DNA from: an uncultured virus (IMG/VR IMGVR_UViG_3300022745_000033)
Taxonomy: Duplodnaviria > Heunggongvirae > Uroviricota > Caudoviricetes
Virus record (IMG/VR): IMGVR_UViG_3300022745_000033
Length of the DNA: 64,000 nt
Strand: one strand, 5' to 3'
Of the stretch, positions 35,157 to 45,000 are shown one piece after another (within the stretch, counting starts at the first letter, position 1; the number at the start of each line of letters is the position of its first letter). Both the position numbers and the translations under genes were made by a program. A model generated the notes under the pieces. That model did not search any database and was not told the DNA's origin. It was given only the letters and a program-made list of their open reading frames with translations.

Positions 35157-37212
35157 AGTTCAGCGGAATGTCTGGGCACCACGACGGCGGTGTGCTCATG
35201 GTCTTGGTCATGAGTTTGAAGCAGAACTCCGCTTCCCGCGTCTTGGGTAGCGCCACAGCTTCGTCGTGTGTGGTCATCACGACACGGAACTTCTTGTTGA
35301 TCTGAAGCATCTGCCATGCAACCACGATCCGCGCCAACGCTTGGACCAAGTTCTCGCACAGCAAGCCGCCATAAATCTTCTTGCGCATGTCGCCGGACTT
35401 GTAACTCCACTCGTCCCAGCCCTTGTCGCCCATGACTTTGCGAAGCTCGGGGTACTTGAGCGACATGCCGTTGGGGAGCCAGATGGTCTCCTTCTCCCAA
35501 CTGATCGGGCCGTGGCGTCCGTGGCGTCCAGCTGCCATGTCTTCGATGATCTTGGCGCAGATGTCCCAGCCCTGCTTGATCCTGAAGTTCGCACGGCGAT
35601 AGGTGTCCACGATCTTCTTGCAGTGATCCAGCTCGAAAAAGATCGGAGGACCGCCGAGGGCACCTTTGGCCAGCGTCATCTGGAACTTGGCAGCGCCCAT
35701 CTGGTAGCCCAGACCCAGAACACAGACCTTGCCGACGAAGCGTTCGGTCTTGTCTTCCTTGGTGATCTGACGGCCATAGATCAGCGAGGCGAAGTTGCAG
35801 TAGGCGTCTGACCCTGTGCCACTGTCGGCTGCACGGAACGCGTCCATGAGGTCGTTTTGACCCCACAGCCAGCCATTCACGCGGGCCTCGATCTGGCCGC
35901 TGTCCACCACGCACATCTGGTAACCCTTGGGCGCCAGGATGGACAGGCGCAGCTCACCACCGCGGGTGAGGTTCTGCATGTTCATCTTGTTGTTACCACC
36001 CCAGCGACCGGTGTGCGCACGGTAGTAGGCGTAGCCCACCGGTAGGTTCATACCATCGGCACCAGCCTTCAGGAACCGTTCGGCGCGTGTGATGTTGGTC
36101 GTGCTCTTCGTGGCCAACCGCGCCTCGACAAGTGCCTTGACGCGGTCTTGCTTTTCCGAGATAAGAGGGATGTCTTTCTTCTTATTGGGATCAAGCGAAC
36201 CACGCCAGAGGTCGATGTTGTCCGGTAGCGAGGTGAACTCCAGATCGTCCTTGGCGAACGCGTACGACCACTTATCAGTCTCATCCTCGCGCTCCTCTTT
36301 GCTGCGCTTCATCCACGCGGGGCTGATCTTCACAGGTGGCTCAATCCCTTCGGCACGCAGCAAGTCAGCGAACTTCTCGTTGGAGCCGAGGATGCGCTTG
36401 ATGATCAGCACGTCACGCTCTTCACCAACCAGCGCACGCTCGGCTTTGGTCTTGAGAATCGTCTTGTCGTTGTAGAACGGCACAGGGTCGATCACGGCGT
36501 AGAACTTGGCCTTGCGCTCGGCGACCTCGCGCTCGTACTCCTTCTGCACACGCGGGATATCCACCTTCAGCACAGGATCGCAGAACATGCGCAGGGTCAT
36601 GTCCACGAGGTCCAGCTCGTCGGACGGGAACTTGCCGTGCATCTCCTTGAAGATGGCATACGTCAAGTCCACGTCTTGGGCGCAGTAGGGCGTCACCGCC
36701 TTGACCAGTTGAGCGTCCCAGTTCTCCACGCCTTTGGTCGTCTCCAGCACGCCATCGAGCTTGGAGCCTTTGCCGTAGAACTGTGCCACTTCGTCCAGGC
36801 TGGCACCGATCTCGTTGCTGTGCAGGCCACGGGCCATGGACAGCGTGTCGTAGTAGCGCACTGGCTTGATCTTGTAGATGTGCGACAGGATGAAGCCGTC
36901 AAACGCAGTGTTGTGGCACAGCAGGCTGTGAGTGGCCCAGTTGATCGCTTGCAGCGCGGCCATGATGCGCAGGCGTCCGGTGTACACCTTGGTGGGTTTG
37001 TTGCCGATCTTGATGCCCACCATCTGCGCCTTGAAGCGCTTGTCACGCACGTACTCGCTGGTGCTCAGCTTGGACAGGGTGTAGTCGGTGTCGTAGAACG
37101 TCTCAAAGTCCACCGTCACCACACGGTTCCAGTCCACCACGCCGGGGGTGATCTCTGGGCGGTTGATGATGACTTGCGCCTTGGCGCGAATTTGTGCTCC
37201 CCATCCGCTCAT
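35122..37212 (-). CDS. polA: family A DNA polymerase with 3'-5' exonuclease domain
   Basis: VDFET, HNTAFD, YCAQDV exo motifs; DSGQIEAR (A), RFVGKVCVLGLGYQMG (B), THDE (C). Confidence 0.95.
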   Translation of the reverse strand: MSGWGAQIRAKAQVIINRPEITPGVVDWNRVVTVDFETFYDTDYTLSKLSTSEYVRDKRFKAQMVGIKIGNKPTKVYTGRLRIMAALQAINWATHSLLCHNTAFDGFILSHIYKIKPVRYYDTLSMARGLHSNEIGASLDEVAQFYGKGSKLDGVLETTKGVENWDAQLVKAVTPYCAQDVDLTYAIFKEMHGKFPSDELDLVDMTLRMFCDPVLKVDIPRVQKEYEREVAERKAKFYAVIDPVPFYNDKTILKTKAERALVGEERDVLIIKRILGSNEKFADLLRAEGIEPPVKISPAWMKRSKEEREDETDKWSYAFAKDDLEFTSLPDNIDLWRGSLDPNKKKDIPLISEKQDRVKALVEARLATKSTTNITRAERFLKAGADGMNLPVGYAYYRAHTGRWGGNNKMNMQNLTRGGELRLSILAPKGYQMCVVDSGQIEARVNGWLWGQNDLMDAFRAADSGTGSDAYCNFASLIYGRQITKEDKTERFVGKVCVLGLGYQMGAAKFQMTLAKGALGGPPIFFELDHCKKIVDTYRRANFRIKQGWDICAKIIEDMAAGRHGRHGPISWEKETIWLPNGMSLKYPELRKVMGDKGWDEWSYKSGDMRKKIYGGLLCENLVQALARIVVAWQMLQINKKFRVVMTTHDEAVALPKTREAEFCFKLMTKTMSTPPSWCPDIPLNCEGGFDVRYSK

Positions 37213-37598
37213 GGCTGCATCCTTGACCAGGCAGAGTTGATTGACTCGGGCTTGATTTTTGCTGCCAGACTTAGCGCTTTATCAAGACCTTGCGTGATCG
37301 CCGTTGTTTGCGCAGGGTCGTAGCTATCCACGAGCATGACCTGTAAGCAGGCATTTAACCCGCCTTTCAGGATTGATACATCAGGGCCGTCTATATGGTC
37401 CAGGTAAGCTGCGTTCAGGACGACCGCCATCGTTGCAGAGAGGCCTGAAAGAAGTTCAGCACAGGGTTCACCTGACGCAAGCAAATAAATTGCAAGTTTC
37501 TGATCCACTATGGCTCTCTTCAGGGTTTCCCGGGCTACTGCGCGGGCCACTGGGTTTAACCCGGCCTGTTTACTTACCTTGGTTATGGGTACCTTCAT
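37209..37598 (-). CDS. hypothetical protein
   Basis: Start MKVPITK after AAGGAC; ATGA overlap with polymerase. Confidence 0.6.
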   Translation of the reverse strand: MKVPITKVSKQAGLNPVARAVARETLKRAIVDQKLAIYLLASGEPCAELLSGLSATMAVVLNAAYLDHIDGPDVSILKGGLNACLQVMLVDSYDPAQTTAITQGLDKALSLAAKIKPESINSAWSRMQP

Positions 37599-37800
37599 GT
37601 CGTGTCCTTGGTAGAGGCGCCCAGTGGGTCCAGAAATCCTTTTTGCCGTTCCATTGGCCGTAAGCTGCGACGCCACCGGCACCTAGCATCTGAATCTTGA
37701 CGCCGCGGGGGGTGTTTTCGTCGATGGGTTGCCAGTAGTAATCGACGGCAACCGCGACGGATTTATCCTTGTTGAGTTTGAATGTCATCGGGCAGTCCAT
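37570..37800 (-). CDS. small phage protein (DUF551-like)
   Basis: WQPIDENTP...WTHWAPLP motif. Confidence 0.6.
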   Translation of the reverse strand: MDCPMTFKLNKDKSVAVAVDYYWQPIDENTPRGVKIQMLGAGGVAAYGQWNGKKDFWTHWAPLPRTRHEGTHNQGK

Positions 37801-37926
37801 TCATACGTAGCTCTTCGATAAAGGCCCGGTAGTCATACTCCTGTTCCCAGGAATCCACTCTCACGACTTCCCGTTGCTCACGTCCGACATACCTGGCGAT
37901 ATGCTGACCTTGGATCAATAGAAGAC

Positions 37927-38166
37927 TCATGACTCCACCTTGTAAAACTTGCTGTTAGTCGTGATGACGTAGAACCTGCCTGGCTCATGTTCGATAACGA
38001 TGCGCTTATGTACCGTCGGCTTTTTAAGCTTTTCATACTGGCTGTCGCCTTCACGTACGCCGAGATACTTTTCCAGCTGCTCATCAGTTGGTGTACCGTT
38101 ACCAGCAATAGTCTCGATATGCGTGCCTTCGAACGTGCGGCCACAGCGGAGATCGGTGATCTTCAT
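37927..38166 (-). CDS. hypothetical protein
   Basis: 79 aa, AAGGAAG RBS. Confidence 0.55.
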   Translation of the reverse strand: MKITDLRCGRTFEGTHIETIAGNGTPTDEQLEKYLGVREGDSQYEKLKKPTVHKRIVIEHEPGRFYVITTNSKFYKVES

Positions 38167-38177
38167 TTCTATCTTCC

Positions 38178-39698
38178 TTAGAGCGTAGAGAAAAGGTCCA
38201 GCAAGTTCGTCATGCGGGTGTCCTTGTCACAGAGAATTTTGTAGACCTTCTCCTCCACCGTGTCGTTTGCCGTTACGACGATGGTCTCGGTCTTCTTGGT
38301 CTGACCCATGCGATGCTGACGCTTGGAACCTTGCTTGAACAGCTCCAGGTCGTACGTCGGCGAGGGCCAGATGGTGGTTGTACCTTTGGTCAGGGTCAGG
38401 CCATGTGCTGCGCTCTTGGGGTGAGCGAAGATAGTTTGGTACGCACCTCGCTGGTAGCGAGCCACGATATCGTTGCGCTCGTTGTCGGGCACGCTACCGT
38501 CGATCACAGCAAATGTGATGCCGCGCTTGTCAGCCTCGGCGCACAGCAGATCGCGCTGGTGCTTCCAGTAGAAGAAGCACAGGCTATGCTGGCGCTCTTC
38601 GATGAGGTCGAGGATCATCTCGTAGCGGCCTGTGTCGAGCATGTGGTACTTGCCAGAAGTCTCGTACACAGCTCCAGATGCGATCTGCAAGAGTTTCTGG
38701 GCCAGCGCACCAGCATGCACCGCAGAGATCACGACAGGAGCGACCTTGGTGGTCTTGGACTTCATCTGCTGCACAGTCGTGCCGCGCATACGAGCCAGCG
38801 CACGGTCTTCCATGGTGCCGTGAATCTCCAGCATGCACTGCTCCATCATCTTGTCATAGTGCTTGCGGTGCGACGAGCCAAGGTCGTATGGGATGCTGTA
38901 CTGGTGGTTGGCTGGAATGTCTACACAGTCTTCAAACTTGTGGCGGATCACAATGTCGCTGAGCAGGCCGAACACGGCTTCCTCGGCACCGATCTTGTCA
39001 GTCCACTGGATAGCGTTGGCGTTGGCACCGACCTGCTTGGCTTCGCACACGGAGTTGCGAAAGGCGTAGAAGCTTGGGCCAAGACGCTTGCCACCGTCCA
39101 GCAGATAAATCTGGTGCCAGATGTCGGTAATACTGCGACCGTTGGGCGTGCCGGTCATGCAGCAGCGATACTTGAAGAACTTGCTGATCTTGGCTGCAGC
39201 ACGCGAGCGCTGGGATGAGTGGTGCTTGTAGGCGGTGGACTCGTCAATGACCAGCTCGGTGAAGCGCTCGAAGAACTTCTTGTTCTGCTTGGCCAGCCAC
39301 TTCACCGCGTCGATATTGGTGACATAGACATCAGCATCCTGGTCGAACACCTCTTCGTGTTTGCCAGCCGTGCTTACTGCCACCGTGAGAGAGGGGGCGA
39401 ACTTCTTGATGTCGTTCAACCACACGGAACGTAGCAAGCTCTTTGGCGCAAGTACGAGCATACATTGCGTCGTACGTCCACCAGACTTCTTCACCCTCGC
39501 TTCGAACGCCTTGATTCGCACAAACGTCTTCCCAGTCCCGGGGTCCGAACAGTCGTAAACGATTTCGGTCTTCTCGTTGTGCTGCAGACTTTTGGCCTGA
39601 TGCGCGAAGGGCTTGTTGACGGTTGGCGATGCCTTGGATTTTTTGCTCTGTTTCGAGGTACCGCGCAATTTCGTATGGGGTTCGGCGATAGCTGCCAT
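38178..39698 (-). CDS. SNF2-family helicase
   Basis: DPGTGKT, VIDES, MTGTP, AAHGLTL, QGSKRQHRMGQ motifs. Confidence 0.92.
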   Translation of the reverse strand: MAAIAEPHTKLRGTSKQSKKSKASPTVNKPFAHQAKSLQHNEKTEIVYDCSDPGTGKTFVRIKAFEARVKKSGGRTTQCMLVLAPKSLLRSVWLNDIKKFAPSLTVAVSTAGKHEEVFDQDADVYVTNIDAVKWLAKQNKKFFERFTELVIDESTAYKHHSSQRSRAAAKISKFFKYRCCMTGTPNGRSITDIWHQIYLLDGGKRLGPSFYAFRNSVCEAKQVGANANAIQWTDKIGAEEAVFGLLSDIVIRHKFEDCVDIPANHQYSIPYDLGSSHRKHYDKMMEQCMLEIHGTMEDRALARMRGTTVQQMKSKTTKVAPVVISAVHAGALAQKLLQIASGAVYETSGKYHMLDTGRYEMILDLIEERQHSLCFFYWKHQRDLLCAEADKRGITFAVIDGSVPDNERNDIVARYQRGAYQTIFAHPKSAAHGLTLTKGTTTIWPSPTYDLELFKQGSKRQHRMGQTKKTETIVVTANDTVEEKVYKILCDKDTRMTNLLDLFSTL

Positions 39699-39869
39699 GG
39701 ACTCGTTCCTTAAATAAAATCTTGAGGACTTGGGCGTCCCATTTTTTTAAGAGGTACTTCTCGTGCTTACGGCGTTGTGACGCATTCATCTGGTCTCCTT
39801 CGGAGGTCCCGGCATGTGCATTCCTTGGCCGGGGCAAGGTAGCATCAGAAGCAGGTGTTCCAACAGCGT

Positions 39870-39945
39870 TGGTGTGAGGCACCTACCTCTCCCACTCCCT
39901 TTAGGTATGCACCCCGGGGGAGTGAGTCGGTATGACCCTCACACC
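39870..39945 (-). ncRNA. putative rod-like structured RNA C (76 nt, ends ACCA)
   Basis: GGTGTGAGG/CCTCACACC, TACC/GGTA and CTCACTCCC/GGGAGTGGG stems; mostly intergenic. Confidence 0.45.
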
Positions 39946-40634
39946 CCGACTGTGCAGTGCTCGGTGTTCTTGTATGGGCACCACTGACAACTGTATTTGT
40001 TCGGATTTGGTGGGAACACCTCGCAGCTAGTTGCCGCGATACCGCGTTTATCAAACCCCTGACGAAAACGCAGGCCCTGGTTACGAGTAAAAGTTTGAGA
40101 TGTCACTTCGTTCTGGTCGAAGTACCACAATTCAGCGGTGACCTTCTCCAGTTTCGGGTAACGTAAGAAGGTGCAGAGCTGATAAAGCTGAAGCTGCTCT
40201 GCATGCTTGACCTCGTTGCCGTACTTGCGCCCGGTCTTGTAGTCAATCACGATGGCGTGTGTCGGGTCGATCATCACCATCGCGTCGAGCTTCAGGCGCA
40301 ACCACGCTTTTTTCCACTCCGTCGGCTCCCAATCCTTATCGTGGCCCCACTCGCCTTCGAGCGAGACGATGCCATCTTGGTACATGGTGCGCAGCAGATC
40401 GAGCTTGATGCCGAAGTGCTTCTCAGCCTCGGGAGCCAGGGCGTCGTGCTCACCCCGTACATAGCCCTCGCAGTTGTCGTGGACACGCGTGCCACGGTCA
40501 TTCGCAAACTCGGTCTGGCCGGGTTTGAGAGTGCGCTCGGGTTCGGGGATTTTCTGGTCATGCTTGAGCCAGAACATGTGCTTGCATTTATCGAAGTCAG
40601 TAAGCTTCGAGTGGCTCCATGAGGGTACGCTCAT
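39939..40634 (-). CDS. PD-(D/E)xK exonuclease (RecB/Cas4-like)
   Basis: WSHSKL..C, RGTRVH, KLDAM..VIDYKTG, QLQLY, C-terminal CQWCPY..C. Confidence 0.88.
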   Translation of the reverse strand: MSVPSWSHSKLTDFDKCKHMFWLKHDQKIPEPERTLKPGQTEFANDRGTRVHDNCEGYVRGEHDALAPEAEKHFGIKLDLLRTMYQDGIVSLEGEWGHDKDWEPTEWKKAWLRLKLDAMVMIDPTHAIVIDYKTGRKYGNEVKHAEQLQLYQLCTFLRYPKLEKVTAELWYFDQNEVTSQTFTRNQGLRFRQGFDKRGIAATSCEVFPPNPNKYSCQWCPYKNTEHCTVGV

Positions 40635-40652
40635 TTCTTTATCCGATCTAAG

Positions 40653-41078
40653 TTAGAGCTTCGATCTTACATCGTTCTCATGGTCCACGCGATCATCGCA
40701 ATAAATCGAGCGTTCGATGCCGAGGTTGATTTCATAGCAGTTCTCGCCAAAGGCACGGTTCTCGTTATCTTCTTCGTCCTCGCCGATCCGGCAGAACCGG
40801 CCAATAAGGCAGTTCGCCGTGCTGCTTCGGTCTTCGAAGAAAGTCCACAGTCTCTCCAGTCGGTCCACGTCGGTGTAGCCCGCATACCACTTCCATTGCT
40901 CGGCCTTGAACACGATAGCGGCGTACAAGCCACTTGTGGTTATGGACATGTGCTCGATGCACGGGTCTTTGATGCTGCTATTGGTGAACGGGTTCTTGAA
41001 TCGGAACTCTGCCCATGCGGTCAGAACTTCCTCTTCAGTCCCTTTGATGACGAACATCACGTCGCTTCTATAGCCCAT
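40653..41078 (-). CDS. hypothetical phage protein
   Basis: 141 aa, MGYRSDV start, WKWY..Y and RIGED motifs. Confidence 0.65.
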   Translation of the reverse strand: MGYRSDVMFVIKGTEEEVLTAWAEFRFKNPFTNSSIKDPCIEHMSITTSGLYAAIVFKAEQWKWYAGYTDVDRLERLWTFFEDRSSTANCLIGRFCRIGEDEEDNENRAFGENCYEINLGIERSIYCDDRVDHENDVRSKL

Positions 41079-41080
41079 TG

Positions 41081-41446
41081 TTAAAGCCCCTCATCAGCAA
41101 GTGCTTCGCTCAGGATGAGCAGGAACAGGGAGCGGTGGAGTTCGCTGGCGTATTCACGGTACAGGCACCAGTCGTCATAGCCTACAGAAGAAAGCCCCCA
41201 ATAGTGATTGACAGCAAGAAGTTCAGCACCGCTGGTATCTTTTGCACTCTTACGCAACGCCGTACTGATCGGCCCGTATTGCAGGCGCTCATCGTCGGGA
41301 TGGATGCGCCACCACAAATCGAGTTCGCTGTCGTCTGTCTCGGCTTTTGTCGGGCGTATGCGGGTGACCGCAAAGGGCGTTCCGATATCTAAGCACCGGT
41401 ACTCCAACCGCGCACCACGCGCTGCTGCGAAAAGTAGGCGGCTCAT
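41081..41446 (-). CDS. hypothetical protein
   Basis: 121 aa, ATGA-coupled. Confidence 0.55.
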   Translation of the reverse strand: MSRLLFAAARGARLEYRCLDIGTPFAVTRIRPTKAETDDSELDLWWRIHPDDERLQYGPISTALRKSAKDTSGAELLAVNHYWGLSSVGYDDWCLYREYASELHRSLFLLILSEALADEGL

Positions 41447-41781
41447 ACCAGCCCCTCCGGTACTTCCACTTCATCACCCAGCTTGCTTGCCACAAAGCAG
41501 CGCATGGCTGCGATCAGTGGGGTGGGGCCATATTGTTCAGCGCGAGGAGTTGCCTTGTTTTCTCTCGCAACAAACGCAGTAGCTTGGTCACCCCCCCAGT
41601 TTGTTGGGGCCGGAAAAATCTGTTCCCGCTCAATGATCGGGCCACCTTGCGCCCAGTTGGTGGAGTAGTCGCCTTTGCTCTGCGGCTTACCGTCGATAAA
41701 TATCGGAAACGGCTTGCTCATTTCCACAAAGTGAGCCACCGCCCAGTCAAGGGCAGCGCCTGTCAGTTCTGCGGTTTTCAT
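41443..41781 (-). CDS. DUF2591/NinX-like protein
   Basis: LTGAALDWAVA, YSTNWAQGGPIIERE, GPTPLIAAMRC motifs. Confidence 0.75.
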   Translation of the reverse strand: MKTAELTGAALDWAVAHFVEMSKPFPIFIDGKPQSKGDYSTNWAQGGPIIEREQIFPAPTNWGGDQATAFVARENKATPRAEQYGPTPLIAAMRCFVASKLGDEVEVPEGLV

Positions 41782-42905
41782 ATCTTGATCCTTACGTGCT
41801 CCCCCCAGGGCGGCACGACGTTCGTTGTCATGCACCACAGCACCGGGTAGTCCGGCTGCTCTGTTGGAAACGGGCCATAGCCGTCAGTCAGGTAGATGAA
41901 TGCGGCGGGTTTGATACCACGCTCCTCCAGCCACCGAAACGGCGGGCGAAAGTCCGTGCCACCGCCGCCGTGAGCCTCGAACGGCGGTAGCTCAGAGCCT
42001 TGCTCGATCTCGTCCACGTGAGCAATGTCTGCGTCGCAGTAGATGTTGATCAACTTCTCAGGATGCACCGCGTTGTAAGCGGCAGTGATCTCGGCACCGA
42101 AGGCGGTGAGCGTCGGCGTGTCGATAGAGCCAGAGGTGTCGATGCCGTCGGCCAGGACGCCCATGTTTTCGCTATACAGGCTAGGCATGATGAACCCGTG
42201 CGGGATCATGCGCTTGCTGGGGCGCTGCCACGAGTAATCGTTGCGGCTCACCTCGGTGACGAAGCGTTGCAACACAGCCTGCCACGGCACTTGGGGCTCT
42301 TCCAGCTCGCCCAAGAAGCGCTCCAGAGACTTGGGCATCTTGCCATACTCTTTAGCCATTTGAGCCGCAGCCTGCACGTTGACTTGCCACTCCAGAGCGG
42401 CTTCGGCAGCTTCGCCGGCAGAATGGGCGCCATCACGAACCTCGTCGAACGCAGGCTTACCAGCTCCACCAGCTCCACCGTCTTCAGATTCCAGTAGATC
42501 GTAGATGTGCTCAGTGGACATGTCGCGGTACTTCTCGTCGTAGAGCCAGTCAGCGCCCAGTTTGAACTTAGCGTCTCGGATGATGATGTTGATCACATAA
42601 TCACCGGCGCGATTCCAACGACCGGGCTCACGCCCACCACGGCGCAGCATGTGCTCACACACACAGTGCATGATCTCGTGGATCAAGGCAGAGCGTTGGA
42701 GTTCGGGTGACATGCTGAGCACGAAGTCAGGGTTGTAGAAGATGTGCTTGCCATCCACCGCGAGGGTCGGGACGGTCGTATCTTCTACAAACTGAAGGTG
42801 CATGGCCAGACGGCCGAAAAAGTAATGATCAAGCAGCAGCGTTATGCGGGCTGCAATCAGCTGATCCAGTGCTTTCTGATTCGTCACTTTCTTCACCATC
42901 TTCAT
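41778..42905 (-). CDS. metallopeptidase-vWA protein (DUF2201-like)
   Basis: HEIMH zincin motif; DTSGS MIDAS, GGGGTDF and YLTDG vWA motifs. Confidence 0.88.
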   Translation of the reverse strand: MKMVKKVTNQKALDQLIAARITLLLDHYFFGRLAMHLQFVEDTTVPTLAVDGKHIFYNPDFVLSMSPELQRSALIHEIMHCVCEHMLRRGGREPGRWNRAGDYVINIIIRDAKFKLGADWLYDEKYRDMSTEHIYDLLESEDGGAGGAGKPAFDEVRDGAHSAGEAAEAALEWQVNVQAAAQMAKEYGKMPKSLERFLGELEEPQVPWQAVLQRFVTEVSRNDYSWQRPSKRMIPHGFIMPSLYSENMGVLADGIDTSGSIDTPTLTAFGAEITAAYNAVHPEKLINIYCDADIAHVDEIEQGSELPPFEAHGGGGTDFRPPFRWLEERGIKPAAFIYLTDGYGPFPTEQPDYPVLWCMTTNVVPPWGEHVRIKI

Positions 42906-43545
42906 ACTCCGTAAGTTTTTCTTCCAACATGTCGTTGGAGATGAGGGTTTCGAGAACGGTTTCGTCCTCTGTCAAGAAGTCGTACTCTTTTCCGAGCTTG
43001 CGATATAGGTCATCGGCGTGGCCCTGAATCTCTTCGCTCAAGTCCTCGAAGAAACTCTCCATCTTTTCAGAGAACTCGGTTTGGATTTGCTCTTGTGCAG
43101 CTCTACGCAGAGCGTTGTCGCTATCGACATCGGGTAGGTCGTAGTCGTAGTCGAAAGTCATGAGATTTGAGCGATGGAACGAGATGTTCCACCGGATAAA
43201 GCAGTCGAGGTCTGACTTGTACCGGTTGTACATCTCCTGCATCCCGTCTTCCTTCTCCATACGAGGCAGCAAGTCTTTGCAGTACATGGAGCCTGCAAAC
43301 CCAGCGCCATCGCCCTGGGACCAGAAGCCGGAAAACACAATGTCAGGCTCCTCGTACGATTTGCCCGACGCGGTGCGAACGGTACGGGTGTCGACCGTGA
43401 TGCCCAGAGCCTGCATGTCCATCACGAAGTCTGAATAAATGTAGTCCCACCAGTCGTAGTCCACGTTGATGTCGCGGTTGGCGTCCAATATCTCTTGCTG
43501 GGCGCGCTTATCCAGCTTGTTCCAGCGTTCACGTATGTTGTCCAC
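42829..43545 (-). CDS. acidic hypothetical phage protein
   Basis: 238 aa, D/E-rich, FSGFWSQGDGA motif; AAGGAGG RBS. Confidence 0.65.
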   Translation of the reverse strand: MDNIRERWNKLDKRAQQEILDANRDINVDYDWWDYIYSDFVMDMQALGITVDTRTVRTASGKSYEEPDIVFSGFWSQGDGAGFAGSMYCKDLLPRMEKEDGMQEMYNRYKSDLDCFIRWNISFHRSNLMTFDYDYDLPDVDSDNALRRAAQEQIQTEFSEKMESFFEDLSEEIQGHADDLYRKLGKEYDFLTEDETVLETLISNDMLEEKLTEYEDGEESDESESTGSADCSPHNAAA

Positions 43546-43765
43546 GGAGCCTCCTTAGTGCGACCTGCTCTTCGACCCACTGTTTAGCCTGGTGCGGAGT
43601 GTCGAAAAACAACACGGTTTCGCCCATATACATCGACCTGTGAGTAGTCGTTTGGTAACGGTCGCCATTGAGTGTTGAGTTGACTTGCCCCACACAGTTT
43701 CCACAGCTGTCGTATGCGTACCAGTGACCAGAGCCGAAAAGGCTTTTCCACGTTATGCCGGACAT
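43529..43765 (-). CDS. small hypothetical protein ending ALRRLRG
   Basis: 78 aa, overlapping neighbours in operon. Confidence 0.55.
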   Translation of the reverse strand: MSGITWKSLFGSGHWYAYDSCGNCVGQVNSTLNGDRYQTTTHRSMYMGETVLFFDTPHQAKQWVEEQVALRRLRGQHT

Positions 43766-44583
43766 AGTTCCAGAATCGCTTGGGCCTCAGCACAGACCTT
43801 GGAGCGCAACATGGCGCTCTTGCGCAGCCGGTCGGGGTCGACGATCAGCCCATGAGCGATGCGGTCGCAGACACGATCCATGTCGGGGTCTTCGTTGATG
43901 TTGAGGCCTGGTAACACCTTGACAAGTTCTTCGAGGTTCTCTGTAAGAGAATCAAAAATTCTTGCTTTTGGTTGTGATAAGCAGGTGGCAACCCGAGTAA
44001 CTGCCTCGCGAACTCGTACCCATGCGGATCGGATAGCCGCAGCTTGCCGTTTTGCCACGCGTTCAGAAATATCTTGAGCGATGCTGGCGCGTTCTGCATC
44101 ACTGACTGCCACACGAAAATCAGCCCCGTCAGGTACGGGCATGATGTCCAACTCCACGTCGAATTTGCCGTACAGCTCGGAAGCCTCGGGATAGTCGGCA
44201 GGGTCAAACATCGTGCCCAGGCGCTGACGGGCCTCCTGGACCAGCGTGGGGTAGGTCTGAGCGAAATTGCTCACCAGTGTGGCGTATTCCTGCTTCATCT
44301 TGCGCATCTCGGCGCTGTACTCTTGGAACAGTTTGGAGGGCAGCAGCCGTGCACCGTTGTCCATCCAAGGCAGGGTCATCTTGTAGTGGTACGAACGAAT
44401 AGCGCTTGCATGGCTGGTCAGCTTCTCAAGGTACTCCTTGCTGATCAGGTCCTTGTTGAAGCGCCCAGCATTCTTGGCGTTGTGCGCGGCCTCTACCTCG
44501 GCAGAGACCTTCTTGTCCTGCTTACGCGCTGTCCAGCAAGATACGGACAGCGTGATCAGCATTGCTTTGTCTTGTAAGCTCAT
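43753..44583 (-). CDS. DUF3150-like protein
   Basis: 276 aa helical protein with TLPW..NGARLLP and FDPADYP motifs; co-located with AAA and vWA genes. Confidence 0.65.
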   Translation of the reverse strand: MSLQDKAMLITLSVSCWTARKQDKKVSAEVEAAHNAKNAGRFNKDLISKEYLEKLTSHASAIRSYHYKMTLPWMDNGARLLPSKLFQEYSAEMRKMKQEYATLVSNFAQTYPTLVQEARQRLGTMFDPADYPEASELYGKFDVELDIMPVPDGADFRVAVSDAERASIAQDISERVAKRQAAAIRSAWVRVREAVTRVATCLSQPKARIFDSLTENLEELVKVLPGLNINEDPDMDRVCDRIAHGLIVDPDRLRKSAMLRSKVCAEAQAILELCPA

Positions 44584-44795
44584 TTGGTTCCTCTTAGTCT
44601 TGCTAGTGCAAAAGCCCCATGCAGCTCGTCGACGTGACGCTGCTGTGGTGGGTCGAATTCAGTGGCGTATCGCAGCCACTGGGCGTACCACCCCAACGCC
44701 AGCGTATAGTTACGATCCACAGGCTGGGCACCTAGTTGCTCAAGAATGATCTTGATGTGCCAGTCTTGCAATTCATCGGGTTTGAGGTACTTCAC
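44580..44795 (-). CDS. small hypothetical protein ending ALARLRG
   Basis: 71 aa, coupled. Confidence 0.55.
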   Translation of the reverse strand: MKYLKPDELQDWHIKIILEQLGAQPVDRNYTLALGWYAQWLRYATEFDPPQQRHVDELHGAFALARLRGTK

Positions 44796-44997
44796 CGCGA
44801 ATCCTTGCCAGAGCCGCTGCGTCCATTAGCCACTCCATACGCGCCACACTGATGCGGTTTCCCCTCAGTGCGGCGATGTAGTGGAGACGGTAGCTATCGG
44901 ACCCTGCGTTGTAGTGCTTGCGGTACAGCAGGTGCTGCCAAGCCACCATGTCCTGTGGCTTGATCCAGTCTGCCCTCGCACGGTCACGAAGGCTCAT
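44773..44997 (-). CDS. small hypothetical protein ending ALARIRG
   Basis: 74 aa, directly after the AAA gene. Confidence 0.55.
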   Translation of the reverse strand: MSLRDRARADWIKPQDMVAWQHLLYRKHYNAGSDSYRLHYIAALRGNRISVARMEWLMDAAALARIRGEVPQTR

Positions 44998-45000
44998 GGG

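Noticed and set aside
34632..37212. Group I intron or intein in the polymerase
   Set aside because: Motifs A, B, C and the C-terminus are contiguous in one ORF; the HNH lies downstream
39287..39297. 11-nt complementarity between RNA A (GCTTGGCCAGC) and helicase mRNA
   Set aside because: A match of this length is expected by chance in a GC-rich 64-kb sequence and lies mid-gene
39939..40634. CRISPR-associated cas4
   Set aside because: Stand-alone PD-(D/E)xK nuclease in a replication module with no cas1/cas2 or array
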